Notes under the pieces: model-generated
Databases searched by the model: none
Seen by the model: only the letters and a program-made list of their open reading frames with translations
Told to the model about the DNA's origin: nothing
NCBI RefSeq assembly: GCF_009914755.1
Contig: NC_060941.1
DNA: 64,000 nt
Source: the human T2T-CHM13v2.0 reference genome, Homo sapiens
Reading direction: 5' to 3' (one strand)
Shown here: piece by piece, positions 56,474 through 64,000 of the stretch
How positions within the stretch are numbered: position 1 is the first letter of the stretch
How the letters are laid out: each line of letters starts with the position of its first letter
Program-made: the position numbers and the translations under genes

Positions 56474-57454
56474 TTGTAGGTTAAGAAGACTCTATGTAAA
56501 ATTAATAAGGAAGCCAATTGATTTTCCAAAATATGACACACCTGCCCACAGGATTTTTTTTAATGATTCAGCCTTGTACAAATAAAAGAATATAATTAAT
56601 TGTTGCTGTGATCAGGGTATTATTAACAGTTTTAGTAGAGTAACTATTTTATGGATAGTGCATTAAAGTGAAATTGAAGCTATATGGATAAACAAAACAT
56701 ATCCACTAAAAATTGAAACCCAAGATCTAAGTATTGACCAAAAATATCTGACCATATATCGTTCCTTGTATCATTACTCTACAATAGAGATTAAGGAAAG
56801 GACCATAAGAAAATTGTTGCTTACTTTGACCATACAGCCTATAGTGGCAATTCCCTATGAAATATCAAAAATGATTATTGTGTTTATCACTGCTGTCATT
56901 AATCAATCAAAGCTTGTAAAGGACCATGACTATTGAATATCCCCAAGATTACAAACCCTTACTGGACACAAAGTGAAGACTTTTTCCTGATCAATGAAGA
57001 GTAAAATTCATTTTATCCAACTATATGCAGGTCATTTGATTTCTGTCCTCTCCAGGATACTAATTTTTAATGCTTAATAAGCACAGCGTTCATGAACTCT
57101 CACTTTCTAGCACTTAAAAACTGACTTTTTGCCTTCTGCAGATGACTTGGTAATTTTTTAAATGGTGCATGTGCTCTTTCATGGAGTTAATAGAACTCAG
57201 CATTGTAAAAATGTTTAACTCTGGTTTTGTGTTAATTCATCAATAGAATATATCTGAAAATAAATTCATGAATCAATTATATTGTTACTATTATGATACG
57301 GTCTAATATTTATAACTTATTAAATTTTATTTTAAATAATACTGATGATGAACCTTAGTTGAGTTCATGAACTATTAGTAGATTGTGGCTTGCATTTTGA
57401 AAAACATATTGATATTAGTTCCTTGTCACTTGTATTTCTTATGCAATTTATTGG

Positions 57455-57660
57455 GTCAGACTGATGTTTGAATCTCTGTTCCAACACTTAGTAGCTTTGT
57501 TACCTTAAAAAGTATACTTAACAACCTTAGCCTATGTGATTATACGTAAAACATGCTCATAATAATAGTTACCACTTAAGTTTTTTTAAGAATCATATGA
57601 GAAAATTTGTAAAGTATGTAATACAGTGCCTAGAACTTACAGTTCTCAATTAGTATTTTA
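57455..57660 (+). mobile_element. MIR
   Basis: GGGTCAGACTG..TTTGAATCTCTGTTCCAACACTTAGTAGCTTTGTTACCTT..GTAAAGT..ACAGTGCCT. Confidence 0.65.
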
Positions 57661-58721
57661 CCATGATTATGATCATAGAATTACCATGAGTGTTATTAAT
57701 ATAATTGTAATAAGTGAGAATCAATTTTTGAAATTACCGTATTAAACAGTGCCATTAATTGTAAAGGATATTTTTTGGCAAATGAAATAACACTCACATA
57801 CCAAAAATGTTAATTTATAAAGATTTCAGTGAGTCATGTAATGGATTAGTTCTTCGTTGGTAATTTTATGAGAATTAAATAAATTTACCTGTAGCTAGAA
57901 GGTTTGCCTAAGTGTATATTCAAATCTCTTACTGTACCTCTGGGACCATACAATGTTCTCTTATTTTGTAGAATTATTAAGCAATATAATGTAAATGAAA
58001 GAATCCCGCTTCCTTTGACATTCTTTGAACCTTAATAAGGGGTTGCCTTGTTATGGTAATAATATGAGATATGTTAAATTATTCTCTTATAAAATTTTTA
58101 TTCTCAAGGATCTTCTATCTGTTATAAGGAATAAAATCTATGTTGTTGCCAGTGCAGCTTTTTATCTGTGAAGGTCAGATACTTGATGAAGTTTCTAGTA
58201 AAGCTGCACACTGGAGTATTTTTATTTAAGTTTGTAATGGGAGGAACATTTAGATTCGATGAGTAAAGTGATACAGAAGTATTTATAAAACTTGTTGACA
58301 TTAGATAAGATGTTAAAAAGATTTAATAATATAATCTATAATATATTCTATAATAATAATAATATAATCTATAATATATTCAAGAAGGACAAATCAAACA
58401 GCTTAGTATAAAGCCAGTTGCAAATGTGCAGAATTTGATTAAATTACATCAGCCAACGGAACTCTGATCCATTTATATACATGTCCCAGGTGGAAAGTTC
58501 CAGTGGGTGACTAAGATAGCCTGGATTTTAAGACAAGATGTATTGAAATCAACTTTACATCTGTACTTCCAGACTCTGATCTTCTAAGAAAATATGGTAT
58601 TGACCAATGACATGGAGAGCTGCCTATGTGTTTTTCTTCTACAATCAACTTGTGAACAATGCTCTTTACTTTCATTATATTAAGTGAACTAATAACTTTA
58701 CATCATTTTACTGAAGGAGAA

Positions 58722-58949
58722 AATAAGCAACTTTGGAATTTCACATAGAGGCAATTTTGAAAATTAAACCACAATTAGTTTATTTACATTTAAAGCATAT
58801 AAATTGTATATGTATATACATATATATATACTTTATATGTATATACATATTGTATATGCATATACAATTTATATGCTTTAAATGTAAATAATCTAATTGT
58901 GGTTTAATTTTCAAAATTGCCTCTATGTGAAATTCCAAAGTTGCTTATT
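58722..58949. repeat. Near-perfect palindrome (99-bp arms, 30-bp AT-rich spacer)
   Basis: 58722-58820 is the reverse complement of 58851-58949, with 2 mismatches by manual pairing. Confidence 0.95.
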
Positions 58950-60084
58950 GCATGTAAAGCATATAAAGCATATAAAGCATATATACATATAAAGCATATA
59001 AATTCAGAATGTAATACAACTATTCTAATTTGGGAAATAAATTGTTGACAAATAACGCATGCACTTTCAGCAATATTTTCAAACAGAAACAAGTTTTATA
59101 TAATGACAGATATATTTAATTAACATATTGGTTATTATAATGTTTTGGTTGTTTTAATGTTTGCAACTCTGAATGAGAAGAAACTAGCTTTGATATTTTA
59201 ATTTATCCATTACAACCACAAGTGAATCCCCAAACCCCATGTTATTTGTTTACTTTTGTTGATCTACTTGAAAGCATCATGCCATTGTTTTTTTAATGCC
59301 TAAGACTGCTTGGTGAATTTGAGCCTTCAATTATTTTAATTATCTGAAATCTCTAACGTTTTCACTTTTTTCTTATTTATTTTGTAGTTTAAAGGTTAAT
59401 AAAATGTTTTTTCATTGTGAATTCAGAGAATCATGGATTGTTATCCACGGATAAGATAAAAATCTATTATTTTTATCATGGATTCAGAGAATCAGCACAT
59501 TCAGCTATGCTCATTATTGTTTGTATAAAAGCAACTGACTCTCTAAGAAATCCTTATTACATCATCATTTTAGCTATTTTTATTTATTAAAAATAATATT
59601 TGTTAATTTAGTGCATTGCATGCAATCTTAATGTGCTTTATAAACGCCTAGATAATTTAATCTTTAACAATGAAGTGAGGATAACTTTATACATGATTAT
59701 TCGCTCAGCAATAAAGCAAAAAAATTTGAAATATTTGTTAAGATCTACTAACAGCAAAAATTGCTAAGCACTTGAAAATACTTACAACTAACGTTGTGTT
59801 ACAATTAATGTAAGTGTTTCCACTCAGATATATGAGATCCCCCTGAAAGTTATAAAATAAAGAGCTTTTATAAGCTTTTGATGTTGGGTAAATTTGGTCC
59901 TAGGCAACTGTTCTAATATTTTAACATTTTAAATATTTTAATAGGTGGTTCCTGAATTTTTAGGATATAAAACATCATTTAAAAATAAATCAGTAATAAA
60001 ATATTTAGCAAATTTGTTTTAAGAGATTTTAAGAAGCACAGTTTTTCCTGTTTTTTTCCCTCCGTATATTGTACCCAAAGTCAA

Positions 60085-62800
60085 AATGAAAGCCTCCCAC
60101 TAAGATAGAAACAAGACAAAGATGCCCACTTTCATCATTGCTATTCAACATTATATTGGAAGTTCTAGACAGAGCAAGTGGGCAAGGACAATAAATAAAA
60201 GGTCCCCCAATTTAAAAGGAAAAGATAAAGATATATCTATTCACATATGACATGTTCTTATATGTAGAAAAATCTCTCAAAATCCACAAGAAAGTTACTA
60301 AGAAACAAATTCAGCCCAATTGCCAGGTGCAAAATCAACATACAAAAATTGAATGTATTTCTACACATTTGCAATGAACAATTTGCAAAGGAAATTTAAA
60401 TAGTAATTCACTTTACAATATCATTCAAAATATTAAAATACTTTAGAACAAATTTAACCAAGAAAGTTAGATTAACAAATATTTTAATATACACTGAAAA
60501 ATATAAAGCACTGATGAAAAAAACTGAACACTTATTTAAATGGAAAGGCAGCCCATGTTCATGGGGTCGAAGACTTAATATTTTAAGACATCAGTACCAC
60601 ATACAGTTACCTACAAATTCAAGCTAATCCATATCAAAATTGCAACAGCCTTTTATTTTTTTGCAGAAATGCAGAAAGCTGATCCTTAAGTTATGTGAAA
60701 TTGCAAGGGGATCCAAATGGTCAAAACAATTTTGAGAAAGAACAAATTTAGAGGACTCACAATTTCTAAATTTTAAAAATTATTCCAAAGAAGCCCTAAT
60801 AAAAACCATTTGGGATTTGTATAAGGATAGTTGTATAGATCAATTCAATATTTGAGTCAGAAATAAATTTATGTGTCTATTAGCAGCCGATTTCTGAAAA
60901 GGGTGACAAGTCTATAATAGAAAAGCAGCATCTTCATCAAAATGTGTTGGGCCAACGGGACTTCCACATTGAGAAGAATGAAGCTGGTCCCCTACTTCAC
61001 ACCATATAAAACATTAACTCAAAATGAATCAATGATGTAGATGTAAGAGTTAACATCAAAAACCTTTTAGAAGACAAGACATAGGCATAAATATTCTGGG
61101 CCTTAGATTTGTCAATGGATTTTTACATATGACACCAAAGCATGAATAACTATATATATATATATATGTATATATAATTAAATATATATGTATATTTGAC
61201 TTTCAAGAGACTCATGTACCTGTTCATTAAGCATCAATTATTGTGAACATTACACAGATTTAGGATTTCTTTAAGAATTCTATTTTTTAGCCGGGCGCGG
61301 TGGCTCAAGCCTGTAATCCCAGCACTTTGGGAGGCCGAGGCGGGCGGATCACGAGGTCAGGAGATCGAGACCATCCTAGCTAACACGGTGAAACCCCGTC
61401 TCTACTAAAAACACAAAAAATTCGCCCGGCCTGCTGGCAGGCGCCTGTAGTCCCAGCTACTTGGGAGGCTGAGGCAGGGGAATGGCGTGAACGCGGGAGG
61501 CAGAGCTTGCAGCGAGCCGAGATCAGATCGCACCACTGCACCCCAGCCTGCGGGACAGAGTGAGACTCCGTCTCAAAAAAAAAAAAAAAAAAAGGAATTC
61601 TATTTTTTAAATTGTTATTGTGGTTAAATATGTATAAAATAAAATTTCCTATTTTACCTTCTTCTCAATGGATAATACACGAGCATGCATAATACAGCAG
61701 CAATGTATAATACAAAAGCAATGTATAACAGGACAGATTGCATCCAAATGTAGAAGTATGTATATACATTTGAAAGTCAAATATATATATTTGATTTTAC
61801 AAAATTAAAATATTTTATTTATTAAAGGATATGATCAAGAAAGTGAAAAAGTAAAGCTACAGATTGGGATAAAATATCTGTAAAACACATATCTTATGGA
61901 AACTAAATACCTAAGATATAAAGAACTCCTAAAACTCAACAAAATAACATATGAGCCAATTTATTAAATGACCTAAGGACTTGATAAACATCTATACAAA
62001 GAAGATATACAAATAAGCACATGCAAACATGTCCAATATTATTAGTGTTTAGGGAAATCTAAACCATAAGATACTACTTTATACCTACTAGGATAGCTAT
62101 AATAAAATAAAAGAAAATAACGCGTGTTGGCAAGGATGTGGAGGAATTAGAACAATTGCACCTTGCTGGCAGAAATGTAAAATGGTACAGTCACTGTTGA
62201 AAAGAGTTTTATGGTCTCTCAGAAAGCTACACATAGAATTACCACATAACCCAAACAATTTTAGACTTTGTTATATACCCCCCAAAACTGGAAACAAAGT
62301 TTCACATACCTGTATGTCACTGCTTATTGTGGCATTATTCACAGAGCCAAAAGATGAAAACAATCCAGGTGTTCATCAACAAATGAATGAATGGACAAAA
62401 GGTGATGTATACATATAGTAGAATATTATTCAGCCAGAAAATGGAATGAAGTTCTGATGTATTGCCATAACAGGTATAACCTAGAAAACATTATACCAAA
62501 TGAAGAAAGCCAGACATAAAAGGGCAAATATTTTCTGACACACTTGTATAAAATATCTAGAACAAGTAAAATTATAGAGAAAGAGATTAGAGGTTCTCAG
62601 GGGCTGAGGGAAGAGAGAATGGAAAGTTATTGTTTGTTATGAAGTTCTATTTGGGTGATGAACAAGTTATAAAAATAGGTAATGATTATGGTTTCACAAC
62701 ATTGTGAATGCAACTCATGCTTCTGAATTATGCATTGAGAAGAAGGTAAAATAGAAAATTTTATTTTATATGTATTTAACCACAATAACAATTTTAAAAT
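60085..62800 (+). mobile_element. Old L1M (L1MB-like) ORF2 3' half through the 3' end, interrupted at 61150-61790
   Basis: CCCACTAAGAT..CAAGACAAAGATGCCCACTTTC..GGAAGTTCTAG..; ORF 62182-62418 (LHIELPHNP..ALFT) is L1 ORF2-like; the 3' tail ends ACCACAATAAC plus an A-rich run. Confidence 0.88.
61290..61593 (+). mobile_element. AluY, CpG-rich (young)
   Basis: Many intact CpGs, GGCGTGAAC and GAGCTTGC diagnostics. TSD GAATTCTATTTTTTA. Confidence 0.95.
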
Positions 62801-63599
62801 AGAATTCTTAAAGAAATCCTAAATCTATGTAATGTTCACAATAATTGATGCTTAATGAACACATACATGAGTCTCTTGAAAGGCAGAATTAACATTCAAT
62901 TAAACTTTCCTACTTCATAGCAGTGTAGTATCTTCTTTGAAATTATTTATATTGGCATTTATTACTAAATAAAAGCGTATATTACTTGTAACTGATAAGC
63001 ATTATTATATGCTGGGGAAATAGAAGGTAAAACAGGATTGTATGTCTCAGGAAGCTTCAAAGGAAGAAAATAAATAGGGTGGAAAGAAGGACAGAGAGAG
63101 ACGAGAGAATTGAGAGAATCATTTTCTTGAGAGACAAGAAAATATGTAATTCAATACAAAGATCAGATAGCAGAAGAAACAGCTACTTTATTATAGCAGA
63201 ACAGATTGCATCCAAATGTAAAAGTATGTATATAAATTTGATATTCAGAGAAAATGACTACATGTCTAATAGAAAAGATAGAAATAGATTTTGAAGGGTA
63301 TGAACAATCTTTGAAAGATTTGAAATAGAATGAAGATTAGTTGACCAGATATCTTGCCTATAATTGAAGTGATGAGGGATTATTTCAATTTTGGGATGAT
63401 CATTTTGTAGTTGGAATAATGTGTCCTGATATTTTATGTAGACAGAAATCAGATAGCTTTTTCTTCAGATTAGCATAATGGAAAGAAAAAAATGCATGGG
63501 CCTTTAGAATAATGTAAAAAATCTTATTGAACTGTGAGCCATGGAATATAAGCTGAAAAAAGAATCATACTAAGAAGAGGATTTTTGAAATTGGGGATA

Positions 63600-63990
63600 A
63601 CCTATGGCTTAATAAATTCAGGCTTCTGATAAAATCAGAGTAGGAGTATTTGAACAAATAAGCTGTAAGGTGGAAAGTAAAGGAGTTAAGGAATTGAATA
63701 TTTGCATGATTGATTTTCCAGCTAAAATAATTATAGGTATAAAAAAGATATGTCCCTGGAATAGGTATCTGAAATGATGGCGAGGAATAGTTATGAGAAA
63801 CAAGAAGTTCAAGAACAGAGGTATGGTATTGGATGCATCATTCACTAGAAGTTTTCAACGAAGATTATAAAATAAATTAAGGTTGAGAAAAAGTCTGTGG
63901 GCCTGTTGCCAAAGTTTTAAATATGACAACAGGGGCCCCAATATTGAATTTCAAAGATGATAACCTCAGGTAAAGGAAAAAAATTGTTAA
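63600..63990 (-). mobile_element. Probable ancient L2 fragment
   Basis: Purine-rich decayed LINE2-like text. Weak support. Confidence 0.3.
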
Positions 63991-64000
63991 AATTGAAGTA

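Noticed and set aside
59441-59449. TTATCCAC resembling a DnaA box
   Set aside because: Eukaryotic context; explained as part of a small hairpin.
61290-61320. GCTCAAGCC Alu variant suggesting an Old World monkey genome
   Set aside because: A single position in one Alu is not enough to assign species.

Overview
Primate (human/ape-like) genomic DNA: AT-rich, gene-poor and dominated by interspersed repeats (13 near-full-length Alus, several old L1 fragments, MaLR/ERV solo LTRs, L2/MIR, MER85 and MADE1 DNA-transposon relics). I can support no intact protein-coding gene; the long ORFs in the track are low-complexity, Alu-derived or L1-derived. The only GC-rich part is 0.55-4.2 kb. It holds a head-to-head duplicated promoter/first-exon module homologous to exon 1 of the BAGE cancer-testis family. 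The module has a bidirectional TATA/CCAAT core with an octamer-like site arranged as in histone H2B promoters, a degenerate C-rich minisatellite on the left, a 1.2-kb purine-rich repeat on the right, and an ATG-less BAGE-like reading frame at 966-1064 (-). A perfect 51-bp templated copy sits in the right promoter arm where the left arm has its octamer segment. The right end (58.3-63.3 kb) has a cluster of template-switch scars: a ~228-bp near-perfect palindrome with restart repeats, a nested-hairpin insertion, and a multi-fragment templated insertion inside an L1 that was later hit by an AluY. Repeat subfamily names and the BAGE match come from recalled consensus sequences, not from a search.
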